64,000 bases of DNA from an uncultured Methanoregulaceae archaeon (GTDB lineage: Archaea > Halobacteriota > Methanomicrobia > Methanomicrobiales > Methanospirillaceae). Location: NCBI GenBank assembly GCA_963717525.1, contig OY970343.1:1888001-1952000 (forward strand), in the 5' to 3' direction. The position numbers and the translations under genes are program-made. This document shows, piece after piece, positions 34,324-45,582 of the stretch (position 1 is the stretch's first letter; every line of letters starts with the position of its first letter). The notes beneath the pieces are model-generated. The model did no database searches and had not been told where the DNA came from. It saw nothing but the letters and a program-made list of their open reading frames with translations.

Positions 34324-35616
34324 ATGCGTATACCCATACAATCAGTCACGCCCGAAACCGGCCATGCCGAAGTCTGCGGATGGGTCCACGAAGTCAGGGA
34401 TCTCGGCGGGCTCGCATTCTTTTTGATCCGCGACCGGACCGGGATCATCCAGGTGACCATCCCGAAAAAGAAGGCATCCGAGGCGGTGCTTGCCGCTGCA
34501 AAGAAAGTGTCGCGGGAGTCTGTTGTGCGGATTGCCGGGACTATAAAGGCCATGGAAAAGGCACCGGGGGGCAGGGAACTCGTCCCGGACTCCTTTGAGA
34601 TCATAAGCCTTGCCGGGACACCCCTCCCGCTTGACGTCTCGGAGAAGGTCGGGGCGGAGCTCGATACCCGGCTTGACGCCCGGTTCCTTGACGTGCGCCG
34701 GCCCCGGGTCGCCGCGGTTTTCCAGATCCGCAGCGCCGCGATGCATGCAGCCCATAATTACTTCCACAAGGAGGGCTTCATCAGCATCACCACCCCCAAG
34801 ATTGTCGCCGCAGCGACCGAGGGCGGGACCGAACTTTTTCCCATCGCGTACTTCGACAAGGAGGCGTTCTTAAACCAGAGCCCGCAGCTTTACAAGCAGA
34901 TGATGATGGCAGGCGGCTTTGAGAAGGTCTGCGAGATCGGGCCGATCTTCCGTGCCGAGGAGCACAACACCACCAAACACCTCAATGAGGCAACGAGCAT
35001 CGATATCGAGGTCTCGTACGCGGATCACCATGAGGTCATGAAGATTCTCGAGGACCTGATCATCAAAATCTACGAGTACGTGAACCGGTCCTGCAGTGAC
35101 CAGCTCGCAAACCTCGAATGCACCGACTTTACTGTGCCCAAAGCCCCGTTCACCCGGCTGCCCTATCGTGAAGCGATCGAGATTGCGCAGAGAACGTGCA
35201 GCGAACCGATCAAGTACGGCGATGACATCTCCGCCGCGGCAGAACATGCAATCGGAAACGAGATGGGAAGCCACTACTTCATCACCGACTGGCCGACCGA
35301 GATACGGCCCTACTACGCGATGCCGTACGAGGACGACCCGTCCATCTGCAAGGCGTTCGATCTCATGCACCCGAGAATGGAGCTCGCGAGCGGCGCAGAG
35401 CGCGTCCACCAGTACGATCTGCTCGTGCAACAGATCAAAAAGAAGGGCCTGAACCCCGAGAGCTTCGAGTTCTACCTGCGCCCGTTCCGGTACGGGATGC
35501 CCCCTCACGCGGGATGGGGCCTGGGTGCCGAACGGCTGATCATGACCATGCTCGGGCTCTCAAACGTCCGTGAAGCGGTCCTCTTCCCGCGTGACATGCA
35601 CCGGCTTGTGCCATGA
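34324..35616 (+). CDS. aspS: Aspartyl-tRNA synthetase (archaeal, probably non-discriminating)
   Basis: [50 protein letters not shown]. Confidence 0.97.
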   Translation: MRIPIQSVTPETGHAEVCGWVHEVRDLGGLAFFLIRDRTGIIQVTIPKKKASEAVLAAAKKVSRESVVRIAGTIKAMEKAPGGRELVPDSFEIISLAGTPLPLDVSEKVGAELDTRLDARFLDVRRPRVAAVFQIRSAAMHAAHNYFHKEGFISITTPKIVAAATEGGTELFPIAYFDKEAFLNQSPQLYKQMMMAGGFEKVCEIGPIFRAEEHNTTKHLNEATSIDIEVSYADHHEVMKILEDLIIKIYEYVNRSCSDQLANLECTDFTVPKAPFTRLPYREAIEIAQRTCSEPIKYGDDISAAAEHAIGNEMGSHYFITDWPTEIRPYYAMPYEDDPSICKAFDLMHPRMELASGAERVHQYDLLVQQIKKKGLNPESFEFYLRPFRYGMPPHAGWGLGAERLIMTMLGLSNVREAVLFPRDMHRLVP

Positions 35617-36515
35617 AGACGTATTTCATCAACAAGGTCCTTGCTACAACGGTTGTCGGTAGTTACCCGGTGGTCAAAGGCACCGGAATCAAAGCAATTT
35701 TTGATCCCCTGAAGCCCGCGGTTGAGACTGCAGTTGCCGACCAGCTCGCCGCCGGTATCGACATCATCTCGGACGGGCAGGTCAGGGGGGACATGATCGG
35801 GGCGTTTCTGGCAAAGCTGCCCGGGATCAAGGGGCAGGACGTGATCGGAAAGATTCAGCCCGCTTCGGGGGCCATCACCGCAGCGGATACAAAATATGCC
35901 CGGTCCAAATCGTTGTACGTCAAGGGCATCATCACCGGGCCGTCCACGCTCGCCCACGGCCTCCATATCAGCACGCCGATGTACCGGAACAGGGAAGAGC
36001 TGGCCCTCGATCTTGCGGCGGCCCTTGCCGCCGAGGCCCGGTACCTCGAAGCGGCAGGCGCCACGCTCATCCAGATTGACGAGCCGATCTTCTCGACCGG
36101 GGTCGCCGATCTTGCCGTAGGAAAGCAGGCGGTCGAACTGATCGCGGGCGCAGTAAAAATCCCGACCTGCATGCATGTCTGCGGCGGGCTCGAAAACGTT
36201 ATTGACGATATTTTAAAGATCAACGTACAGGTGCTGGACTTCGAGTTCTCGAAGAACCCCGCGAACCTCGCCCTCTTTGGCTCCCGGGACCTCGCCGGCC
36301 GGATGATTGGTTACGGTTGCGTTGATTCAAGTGCAGAGGGGGTGGAGCCGGTTGCAGAGATCAAAAAGCGGATTGAGAAGGGAGTCGAGATCTTCGGGGC
36401 GAAATCCATGCTCGTGGACCCCGACTGCGGCCTGCGGATGCGGTCCCGGGAATCGGCCTTCTGGAAACTCAAGAACATGGCAGAGGCTGCCCGGGAAGTG
36501 CGGCTCGCGCTGTAA
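35613..36515 (+). CDS. Core (single-barrel, MesA-like) methionine synthase
   Basis: TTVVGSYP, ISDGQ, ITGPSTL, IQIDEP, Zn ligands HVC and DPDCGL. Only 300 aa, lacking the N-terminal MetE barrel. Confidence 0.88.
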   Translation: MKTYFINKVLATTVVGSYPVVKGTGIKAIFDPLKPAVETAVADQLAAGIDIISDGQVRGDMIGAFLAKLPGIKGQDVIGKIQPASGAITAADTKYARSKSLYVKGIITGPSTLAHGLHISTPMYRNREELALDLAAALAAEARYLEAAGATLIQIDEPIFSTGVADLAVGKQAVELIAGAVKIPTCMHVCGGLENVIDDILKINVQVLDFEFSKNPANLALFGSRDLAGRMIGYGCVDSSAEGVEPVAEIKKRIEKGVEIFGAKSMLVDPDCGLRMRSRESAFWKLKNMAEAAREVRLAL

Positions 36516-36704
36516 CTGCCGGGCCGGAGATTTTCCGGATCTTCAGCTCACATCCCGATCTTTTTTTGGAATCTTTAGATCATGATGCGATCTTTTTTCG
36601 AAATTCTCAGATACTGAGCGGGCGTTTTCCGGCAAACAACAACTGGTTGCGAAAAAAGACAACTGTATCCCGGGTGTTCCCCCTGGCGAGACGGGTGTGG
36701 CCAT

Positions 36705-36743
36705 GCCACCTGCCGGGCGCGAGGGGGCGGAGGGGGAGTATGC
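36705..36743 (-). repeat. Dispersed GC-rich intergenic repeat, copy 2 (reverse, degenerate)
   Basis: Reverse complement GCATACTCCCCCTCCGCCCCCTCGCGCCCGGCAGGTGGC resembles GCATACGCCCCCGCCCCCTCGGGGGCAGGGCTGGC at 41823. Confidence 0.5.
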
Positions 36744-36834
36744 TCGCTCAGTGGAGGATAACGGGCCCAGCACCGGGTCACTCGATCCTACGGCTCATAA
36801 CAACAGTCACAAAAAAGAAGAGATCCCCGGGAAC

Positions 36835-37455
36835 CTACACAACCCTTGACGTTGTTGACGCTTCGATCCCGCGATCCGTGATAATGAACGGAAGGAGGCG
36901 CTGGGGAGCGGCGGAATCCCGTATCTTGTGCACCGTAAGTGTCCTCTCGATCTCGTTCTGGTGGGTTTCAGTCTTGAGTTCAAGGACGATATCTGCCGCA
37001 CGCATGATCCGTGTCATCTCGACCGGGGTGTGGACGTTGGTATAGACAATGAACATCAGGTTCGCGCCACGTTCCCGCATCATCTCGCGTGCGTGTCGCA
37101 GGAACTTCAGCGCTGCATCAATCCCGTACTTTATGATAACGGTGGAAAGAGAATCGATAACGATCCTGCCACCGACCATCTGGGGGAGGTACATATCGGG
37201 GTGAAGCTCGGTCACGTCCTGCATGCCGGTCTCCACATCCCCGTCATTCATGAGGTAGGTGCCCTCTTCACCTTCCACTTTCCAGAACTGCATTGCCGCG
37301 AGATCTACGCCAGCCAGCGGCGTCCCGTACACCATGATGATAGAGCCTGGCGGAAATCCTCCATCGAGAAGAAGGTTGAGGCCCACAATACCGGTCGATC
37401 GCTTCTTTGGCTTACCGGTGATCGGGATATCAACGATCTCGCCTTTTGTATCCAC
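36835..37455 (-). CDS. RAD55/KaiC-like RecA-fold protein with degenerate Walker A
   Basis: STGIVGLNLLLDGGFP, VIDSLS, ERTLTVHKIR, PFIITDRGI. The P-loop reads GTPLAGVD. Confidence 0.85.
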   Translation of the reverse strand: MDTKGEIVDIPITGKPKKRSTGIVGLNLLLDGGFPPGSIIMVYGTPLAGVDLAAMQFWKVEGEEGTYLMNDGDVETGMQDVTELHPDMYLPQMVGGRIVIDSLSTVIIKYGIDAALKFLRHAREMMRERGANLMFIVYTNVHTPVEMTRIMRAADIVLELKTETHQNEIERTLTVHKIRDSAAPQRLLPFIITDRGIEASTTSRVV

Positions 37456-37548
37456 GGCTGGATGCTCCGGCTAATATTATTAACAGGATATTTAAAAGGT
37501 TTCCGGAAATTCCGGCAGTTTGTCGCAAAATACCCGCTTAATCCTGAA

Positions 37549-39106
37549 TCAGGGGCCCATTGCGCCGAATTTTTCCCGCAGGGTGCGGCGCAGGAGTTTC
37601 CAGCCATGCACCCGGGGAAGATCGTTCACAATGATGAGTTTTCGCGGGACCTTGTAGCCTGCAAGGTGTATGCGGCAGAACGATTCAAACTCCTGCTCCG
37701 GGAGCACAGAGCCGGTTTTCAGGACGACCGCAGCCACCGGGGATTCGCCCCGGCGCTCGTCGGGGATCCCGAAGACTGCCACGTCTGCAACAGCCGGGTG
37801 CTGGACGATCACGTTCTCCACCTCGGTCGGGTAGATCTTCCAGCCCGACATGATGATCATGTCTTTTTTCCGGTCGGTGATGTAGAGAATGCCTTCAGCG
37901 TCAAGGTACCCGATATCCCCGGTCAAAAACCAGCCATCGTGCCGGAAGACCGCGGCGGTCGCTTCGGGCAGGTTCCAGTACCCTTTCGCAACCGATGGCC
38001 CCCGCAGCGCAATCTCCCCGGTCTCCCCGGGAGCCAGCTCTCTTTCCGGATCGTCTGCGTCCACGATCCTGACCTCCGTGTACCCGACCGCGACTCCCAC
38101 GCTCTGGTAGTTCCGGGTGAGTGCGGGATATTCGGGAAGGGTGGTCGTGCCCGATCCGATCACGATCGTCTCGGAAAGGCCGTATGAGTTTGCAACCGGG
38201 ATATGGAAACGCTTGTCGAATGCCTCCCAGACCGAAGGCAGCAACTGCCCCCCTCCCGAGATGATGACCCGGGCCGTGCGGAGATCGTTTTCTGTCCCCG
38301 GTTCGCTGTGGGTGAGCGTGTGGATGACCGGGGGCATACCGGCAAGGACCGTCACCTTGTACTGTTTGGCGAGCGCCAGATACCCATTAGGGTTGAAACG
38401 CTCCATCATTACAAAAGTCCCCCCGGCCCGCAGGACCGCAATCCCCCACGAAAGCCCGACATGCCCCATCGGATAAATCCCGAGATAGACATCGTTCGGG
38501 TCTGAGCCGGAGGGCCTCCCGCTCTGCATCGAGCGCGGTCATCCAGTTACCGTGGGAGAGCATCGCGCCCTTGGGTTTACCGGTTGTGCCGGCCGTGTAC
38601 TGGATGTGGCAGAGGTCGTCCATCGCGCAGTTTGCCGCCCGCATGGATCCCGGGGCCGGAGAGAATGATGACCACGCGATAGCGCCGCCGGTCACGGGCC
38701 TGGTCCCGGGATCAGCCACGCAGATGACCTGCGAAAGGTCGGGGGCCTTCTTTTGTACCTCGGCGACGATCCGGACACCCCGCGAATCCGTGATGATCGC
38801 GCATGCACCGGCATCGCTTACCGCATGCAACAGTTCCTCTTCCTGGTACACGATGTTTGTGGGAACCGCTACCGCACCGATCCGCCAGATCGCAAAGTAG
38901 CTGATCAGGTATTCGGGCGAACTGTCGAGAAAGATGCAGACACGGTCGCCTTTTTTTATGCCAAGACCGGACAGGCCGTGTCCGACACGGTTCATCTCCT
39001 CCCGGAGTTCTTTGTAGCTGTACGTCCTGTTCCGCGATGGGCAGACAAGTGCCGCTTTTGCCTCGGGTACACTTTTTGCGTCAAGGAGTGTTGTTACGTT
39101 GGACAT
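37549..39106 (-). CDS. Acyl-CoA synthetase (long-chain fatty-acid-CoA ligase family); frameshift at ~38505
   Basis: YTAGTTGKPKG, YGLSET, GYWN, WFLTGDIG, DRKKDMII, LAGYKVP. Confidence 0.92.
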
Positions 39107-39263
39107 AGCCGCGGAAATGATCTGATGATACGAATAAGACCTTGATGTATATAGGCGTTCATTTTATTGATCTTATCGGAGAGCGCGGACAACAATCGTT
39201 CCATGCGACCGCAATTTTGTAATAATTGTGCGCCAAACGTAATCGTAAGGGATACGTGCGGAC

Positions 39264-39815
39264 ATGGCGGATATTCGGAATTTTGTCGGTTTTGCCCAGA
39301 ACGAGACCCTGATCAAGGAGTATGACGGCCTGCGGATGTACTATCCGGTGAAGGCCAAGATCGGCCTTGCCGCGACCAACAAACGGTTCATTGCCTATTC
39401 CACGGTCAGGGGTTTCTTTGACGGAAGAACAGAATCGCTCTACCAGCAGGTCAACATCACAGACATCAGGGGCATCGGTGTTGTGCAGTCCAGGCGATAC
39501 CGTCCCGCAGCGATCGCCCTTGGAATTCTTCTCCTGCTTGCGGGAGTCCTCGTCGCCTTTGTCGGCCTGACCGGGGGAAAGATGCTCTTTGAAGCGGGCG
39601 GGATCGCGTGCATCATCGCCGGCATTATCCTGCTCCTTGCGGGATTCCTCTGGAGAAAGAACCTGTTCCGGTTCGAGATCTGGGGAAATGCCTGGGTTCT
39701 CTCTCTTGGCGAATTCGAAACTATCAGGCCGGCGATCATTGCCGGCCCGGACCTGCTCAAGGTTGTCGAGGAGCTGGGTGCTCTCATCATCGAGATCCAG
39801 GATGGCACCCTGTAA
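39264..39815 (+). CDS. Hypothetical membrane protein (two central TM helices)
   Basis: 183 aa. LAATNKRFI motif resembles bacterial PH-like domains; TM hairpin in the middle. Confidence 0.7.
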   Translation: MADIRNFVGFAQNETLIKEYDGLRMYYPVKAKIGLAATNKRFIAYSTVRGFFDGRTESLYQQVNITDIRGIGVVQSRRYRPAAIALGILLLLAGVLVAFVGLTGGKMLFEAGGIACIIAGIILLLAGFLWRKNLFRFEIWGNAWVLSLGEFETIRPAIIAGPDLLKVVEELGALIIEIQDGTL

Positions 39816-39954
39816 CCCGGGAAATAAACAGGCCGGCTCCCATGGACATGCCATGACGCATATCTCCGGATCGCCCACAATCCGGCGCGCACGATCAGCG
39901 GGCCGGGAACAATAAGTTTTTTCTGTATCCTGACCCGTATGATAACTGATATCT

Positions 39955-40228
39955 ATGGATGAGGAGACGCATCAGGAACAACCACCCCGGCAGAACAACG
40001 ACCGGGGGACCTATCACCGTCACAGGCCGGACCGCCAACAACCCGCAGCCCCGCCCGGCGCAGGAGCAGCGGCCGCAGGAGCCGGCCGGTGAGAACCTCG
40101 ATGCGGCAGAGGATGAGGAAGAACATGCAGAGTCCAGGCGCCAGTCGCACGGGGCCGGCCACCACCGCGGCGGCAGGCCGGCAAAGAAAGTCTACGAAGA
40201 GTGGGCAAACGATCCCTACTGCGAATAA
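39955..40228 (+). CDS. Small disordered hypothetical protein (start/frame uncertain)
   Basis: Acidic/Pro/Gln-rich ORF ending KVYEEWANDPYCE. ATGs at 39955 and 39959 are in different frames. Confidence 0.45.
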
Positions 40229-40275
40229 CCGATAAAAAAATATTTTTTCGCAGGCGCATTCCTGATTTTTGCCGG

Positions 40276-40677
40276 TTACGGGAAATTCCGGAGCACTTTT
40301 TCCCGGATCGCTTCCTTGGGGTACGCCCCGATCACCCGGTCCACCATCTTCCCGTGCGAGAAGAAGACGATGTTTGGGATCGCTGAAATATTGAGCTGCA
40401 TCGCGAGCTGTTGGTTCTCGTCGGTGTTGCATTTCGCAAACGTAACCTTCCCGGCAAACTCCTGCGCAAGTTCCTCGATTGCAGGGCCGACCCTCCGGCA
40501 CGGCCCGCACCACTCGGCCCAGAAATCGATGACAAGTGCCGGATGCTTCTGGAGAATATCGCTGATGTGCAGCTGGTCGACCTGAATCACGCTACCTGTA
40601 GTACCCTGGTGCTCCATCTTCTCTTTGAGTTCCGCCATCCTTTTTTCGCGGATTTCGTTGAGCTCGTTATCGTCCAT
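40276..40677 (-). CDS. trxA: Thioredoxin
   Basis: IDFWAEWCGPC, AIP cis-Pro motif, N-terminal DELNEIREKRMAEL helix. Confidence 0.95.
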   Translation of the reverse strand: MDDNELNEIREKRMAELKEKMEHQGTTGSVIQVDQLHISDILQKHPALVIDFWAEWCGPCRRVGPAIEELAQEFAGKVTFAKCNTDENQQLAMQLNISAIPNIVFFSHGKMVDRVIGAYPKEAIREKVLRNFP

Positions 40678-40790
40678 ACCGGTCAATAGTGCAACACTGA
40701 TAATTGAATCTAGCGAATGGGACAGGGCATTTGTCCCGTCAGTAAAGTATATCTGCGCCTGTCGTCTATATTATAACCCTGATTATAGGA

Positions 40791-40865
40791 AGCGAGGTAG
40801 GGTAGTCAGGATATCCCGACGGGCTCATAACCCGTAGATCGATGGTTCAAATCCATCCCTCGCTA
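40791..40865 (+). tRNA. Initiator tRNA-Met(CAT)
   Basis: A1-U72 pair (AGCGAGG/CCTCGCT+A), anticodon stem ACGGG/CCCGT with three G-C pairs around CTCATAA, T-loop TTCAAAT, downstream T-run. Confidence 0.96.
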
Positions 40866-41560
40866 CTTTTCTGTTTTTCCGGATTTTCTCTCCGTGCCAC
40901 GGTCACGATAAAAGTCCGGTTCCTGTAGACCACATCCACCTCCGAAAACCCGGCTTCGTGGAGCCACCTGAGCTGTACCGAGAGTTTCTCGTTCTTGTCC
41001 AGCATGTCCCGGCGCCGGAGGATCTCTGCATGCTCGGATGATGTAAGCGGCCCGCTTTTCAGGAATTCGTCCCAGTATTCCCGGTACCGTTCGGTAAAAT
41101 ACGGCGTCTCCCCTTCGGCCTGGTCGGCGTTGACAAACAGCCCGCCCGGAGAAAGAGCCTGGCACACCCGTTCGAAAAGCCGGTGCTTGTATTCCGGAAC
41201 GAGGTGATGAATTGAGAGGGCGGAGCAGACAAGATCGTAAGGACCGCCAAGATCCACCCGTGAATAATCCCCGGCCCGGAACCGGACATTTTCCCGGTTC
41301 CTGAACCGCTCCTGTGCGACCGCTAGCATCTTTTCCGAGATATCAAGAAGGGTGAGCGTCGCGGACGGATATTTTTCAAGAAGGAGGGCGCTCAACAGGC
41401 CGGTCCCTGCCCCGATATCAAGGATTGCCGGGGTAGCGGTCGGGGTCTCCGCCGCCCAGATCGCAGCCCCGTAGTAGTTCCGCATGTCGGGGATGATGTA
41501 CTCTCGCTGTGCATCGTATTCCGTGGCTACCTCGTCAAAAGCCTTCCTGATATGTTCCAT
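40847..41560 (-). CDS. Class I SAM-dependent methyltransferase
   Basis: ILDIGAGTG, LLDISEKML, YDLVCSALSIHH, LSPGGLFVNAD. Start at MEHIRKAF. Confidence 0.92.
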   Translation of the reverse strand: MEHIRKAFDEVATEYDAQREYIIPDMRNYYGAAIWAAETPTATPAILDIGAGTGLLSALLLEKYPSATLTLLDISEKMLAVAQERFRNRENVRFRAGDYSRVDLGGPYDLVCSALSIHHLVPEYKHRLFERVCQALSPGGLFVNADQAEGETPYFTERYREYWDEFLKSGPLTSSEHAEILRRRDMLDKNEKLSVQLRWLHEAGFSEVDVVYRNRTFIVTVARRENPEKQKSSEGWI

Positions 41561-41696
41561 ACAACACTCCCTTCTCGGCCGGGAAAAATTCCGGTGGTTC
41601 TGTAGTATTCCAAGTTGTCTGAGCCGGGACAAAAATATGAGTTTTTCTGAATGGAGGGGACAAAATGCTCTGGAGAACACCCGAAAGAGGATTACA

Positions 41697-41867
41697 AAAC
41701 GCTTTTTTTGGGCAGCCGCCCCCGCCGCGTGGGCATCCCCCGGTTGCGATGATGCCGTATTACTAGCATGCAGATGTGCTCCAAGGAACGTTTCCGATGG
41801 AACAGGTAATACCGAGTCCATCGCATACGCCCCCGCCCCCTCGGGGGCAGGGCTGGCGTAAGGGGGG
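41697..41867 (+). repeat. Dispersed GC-rich intergenic repeat, copy 3 (longest, with nested stems)
   Basis: 10-bp direct repeat CGCCCCCGCC (41717, 41828) brackets stems TGCGATG/CATCGCA and GTATTAC/GTAATAC. Tail is shared with 52042-52062. Confidence 0.65.
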
Positions 41868-41915
41868 CTGCATTTAAAAAATGAGGCTTTCACCAGAAGA
41901 TGAAAAAGAAAAAGA

Positions 41916-43346
41916 TTATGTGGTCTCTGCTTCGAACGATTCAAGCCGGGACTGGAAGGTCCCGTCCACAAAATCCACCTGCCGGGGGTTTGCAGTTTCG
42001 CCATCGATGGGCAGGGGGTAGCAGCCGGTAAGGCAGCCCGTACAGAGATCGTCGCGATCAAACCCGATCGCTTTCACGAGCGCGTCGAGCGAGATGTGGT
42101 GGAGCGAGGTAGCAGTAATAGAGCGACGAACCTCATCTTCCGCCTTGTCGCTTGCGATCAGCTCCTTCCGTGTCGGCATGTCCACACCCAGGTAGCAGGG
42201 AGCCTTAATCGCCGGCGACCCGATCCGCATGTGAACCTCCCGGGCGCCGGCATCCCGCATCATCTCGATGATGCGTTTCGATGTCGTACCCCGCACGATA
42301 CTGTCGTCGACAAGAACGACCGATTTTCCCCGGAGATGGGCCGGGATGGGGTTGAGCTTGATCCGTACTGCCCGCTCGCGTTCCTTCTGCGTTGGCATGA
42401 TAAAGGTACGGCCCATGTACCGGTTCTTCATGAGGCTCTCCATGAACGGGATCCGGGACCGTTCCGCGTACCCGATCGCGTACGCGGTCCCTGAATCCGG
42501 GACCGAACAGACCGAATCCGCAGCAACCGGTGCCTCCTCGTGGAGTTTCTGGCCGATGGTCCGCCGCACATCGTACACAAGCACCCCGTCGATGATCGCA
42601 TCTGCCCGTGCGAAGTAAATATATTCGAAGATACAGTGGGCGCGCCGGCCGGCGACCGCGATCTGCGTGCACCGGACGCCTTCATTGTCCATCCGGATCA
42701 GTTCCCCGGGTTTTATGTCACGCAGGAATTTTCCCCCCAGCGCATCGATCGCCACGCTCTCGGACGCCACGATGTACCCGTTCTCGATCTTTCCCAGGCA
42801 GAACGGTTTGATGCCGAGGGGATCGCGGAACGCGTAGATGACGCCATCGATCATGATCACGACCGAGTACGAACCCTGCATCCGTTTCATGCAGAGGTGG
42901 ACTGCATCCTCCACACAGCCTGATGCGCTGATCTCGTCTATGAGGATCTTTGCAATGATCTCCGTATCGGTGGTGGTGGTAAAGATCTGTCCAGCCTGTT
43001 CGTACTCCCGCCGGAGCTCGCAGGTGTTGACCAGGTTCCCGTTGTGGGCGACCGAGATGAAATGATCCTGGAACTGGAAGTTCAGGGGCTGTATATTCTC
43101 CGGCAGGTTTGCACCGGTCGTCGGGTACCGCACATGGCCGATACCGGCCGTGCCTTTAAGATCTTTTAAAACAGCAGGGGAAAAAACATCGGCGACAAGC
43201 CCCTGCCCCTTGAACTTACAGAGGCTTGTCCCGTCAAACGTGGATATTCCGGCGCTCTCCTGGCCACGATGCTGGAGGGCATACATGGCATAATAGAGCC
43301 GGATGGAAACACCGCCAGCATCGACGATGCCAACGATCCCACACAT
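41916..43346 (-). CDS. purF: Amidophosphoribosyltransferase
   Basis: N-term MCGIVG, LQHRGQESAG, GHVRY, AHNGN, CIFEYIYFAR, VDDSIVRGTT. Confidence 0.98.
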   Translation of the reverse strand: MCGIVGIVDAGGVSIRLYYAMYALQHRGQESAGISTFDGTSLCKFKGQGLVADVFSPAVLKDLKGTAGIGHVRYPTTGANLPENIQPLNFQFQDHFISVAHNGNLVNTCELRREYEQAGQIFTTTTDTEIIAKILIDEISASGCVEDAVHLCMKRMQGSYSVVIMIDGVIYAFRDPLGIKPFCLGKIENGYIVASESVAIDALGGKFLRDIKPGELIRMDNEGVRCTQIAVAGRRAHCIFEYIYFARADAIIDGVLVYDVRRTIGQKLHEEAPVAADSVCSVPDSGTAYAIGYAERSRIPFMESLMKNRYMGRTFIMPTQKERERAVRIKLNPIPAHLRGKSVVLVDDSIVRGTTSKRIIEMMRDAGAREVHMRIGSPAIKAPCYLGVDMPTRKELIASDKAEDEVRRSITATSLHHISLDALVKAIGFDRDDLCTGCLTGCYPLPIDGETANPRQVDFVDGTFQSRLESFEAETT

Positions 43347-43355
43347 GGTACTGCT

Positions 43356-43538
43356 CTAATGCGTTGGAGTTTTTGGTCTCTTGCTGTGCCACTTATAGCT
43401 CTGCATCTTGGTGCTTCTTCCAAATCCGCAGGAAGAGCAGACTTTCTTCTGGGCATGGAACGAGATTTTGCCACAGCGCCTGCAGGCGATATGGGTCATC
43501 TTGTTCATCTTGCCCATTGACGGAGTGCCTTTTGACAT
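43356..43538 (-). CDS. rpl37e: 50S ribosomal protein L37e
   Basis: [10 protein letters not shown]...THIACRRCG...CSSCGFG. Confidence 0.97.
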   Translation of the reverse strand: MSKGTPSMGKMNKMTHIACRRCGKISFHAQKKVCSSCGFGRSTKMQSYKWHSKRPKTPTH

Positions 43539-43549
43539 ACTATTTCACC

Positions 43550-44490
<941 letters not shown>

Positions 44491-44582
44491 CATTTCTGAA
44501 ATGAAAAATAAAGATGAAAAATCGGGCCATTTTTGCCTTTTACATCGATACTATTAAATAATTTTCTTCGTACAGTTTTTTT

Positions 44583-44951
44583 ATGGTTAAGATCATTGAC
44601 ACACTTTTAGGAAAAAATTCCACCAGTTCCGACGATGAGTATATGGATCTGGACCTTAGTTCCTATGAGGAGCATGGCAGGGATTCTCCCGCGCTCCTGG
44701 TCAAGATTGCAACGATTGGCGATCTCAAGGACACGCCGCGGGTCAAGGACGAGGTTTATAACGGCAATATCGTGATCGTCGATATCTCGCGCCTGAAGAT
44801 GGACAAGATCTCCTACGAACGCGTCTTAAAGGACTTAAAAGAAGTAGCAAAGGACGTTAACGGGGACATCATCGGTCTTGGCGACCAGCGGTACGTCGTT
44901 CTCACCCCGATGTCGGTCAAGATCTCACGCGACAAGATTGGCGGGGCATAA
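44583..44951 (+). CDS. sepF: Cell division protein SepF
   Basis: EVYNGNIVIVDI, VNGDIIGLG, VLTPMSVKISR. Confidence 0.9.
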   Translation: MVKIIDTLLGKNSTSSDDEYMDLDLSSYEEHGRDSPALLVKIATIGDLKDTPRVKDEVYNGNIVIVDISRLKMDKISYERVLKDLKEVAKDVNGDIIGLGDQRYVVLTPMSVKISRDKIGGA

Positions 44952-44955
44952 CGCG

Positions 44956-45495
44956 GTGCGCACCATCGTCCCGGGACCGTGTCCATATTGCAATACTGAG
45001 ATAGAATACCTCTACAAGACGGAAAATATTCCCTATTTTTCTGATATCCTTATCATCTCTGCCATCTGCCCGTCCTGCGGGTACCGGTTCGTGGACACGC
45101 AGCTCCTCAAAAATGCCGATCCGGTGCGGTACGAACTCCGGGTTGAGACCCGCGAAGATCTTGATGTTCGTGTGGTCCGGAGCATGACCGCACGCATTGA
45201 GATCCCGGAGCTCGGCGTCCGGATCGATCCGGGCCCGGCCTGCGAGGGATTCGTGACGAACGTTGAAGGCGTGCTCGACCGGATCGCCCAAGCCATCCGG
45301 ACCGCAATACGGGATGGCGACGAGACCGAGAGGGAGAACGGGCGCGTGCTCCTTGATCGGATCGAATGCATCAAGGCCGGGAAGATGCCGGTGACCGTGA
45401 TCCTCCAGGACCCGATGGGGAACAGCGTGCTCGTCTCGGATAAGGCACAGAAGACACCCTTTGCGGAAGACGAGCCGGAAGCGTGCAGCGAGTGA
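44956..45495 (+). CDS. ZPR1 zinc-finger protein
   Basis: CPYC, IPYF, CPSCGYR, IPELG..I.PGP, TNVEG, DPMGNS. GTG start at 44956. Confidence 0.93.
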   Translation: MRTIVPGPCPYCNTEIEYLYKTENIPYFSDILIISAICPSCGYRFVDTQLLKNADPVRYELRVETREDLDVRVVRSMTARIEIPELGVRIDPGPACEGFVTNVEGVLDRIAQAIRTAIRDGDETERENGRVLLDRIECIKAGKMPVTVILQDPMGNSVLVSDKAQKTPFAEDEPEACSE

Positions 45496-45582
45496 GGCCA
45501 GGATTTTTACCAGCCGGGTGTGCTGTTTTTTTATAACGTTGCGGGATCCGATCCTGCAGGTCAGGGGCCGATCTCCCCCATG

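Noticed and set aside
40847..42061. N-terminal extensions of track ORFs (404-aa methyltransferase, 590-aa TrxR, 336-aa flavoprotein, 496-aa LamG)
   Set aside because: The extensions overlap other genes or repeats and lack homology; downstream starts give normal domain boundaries.
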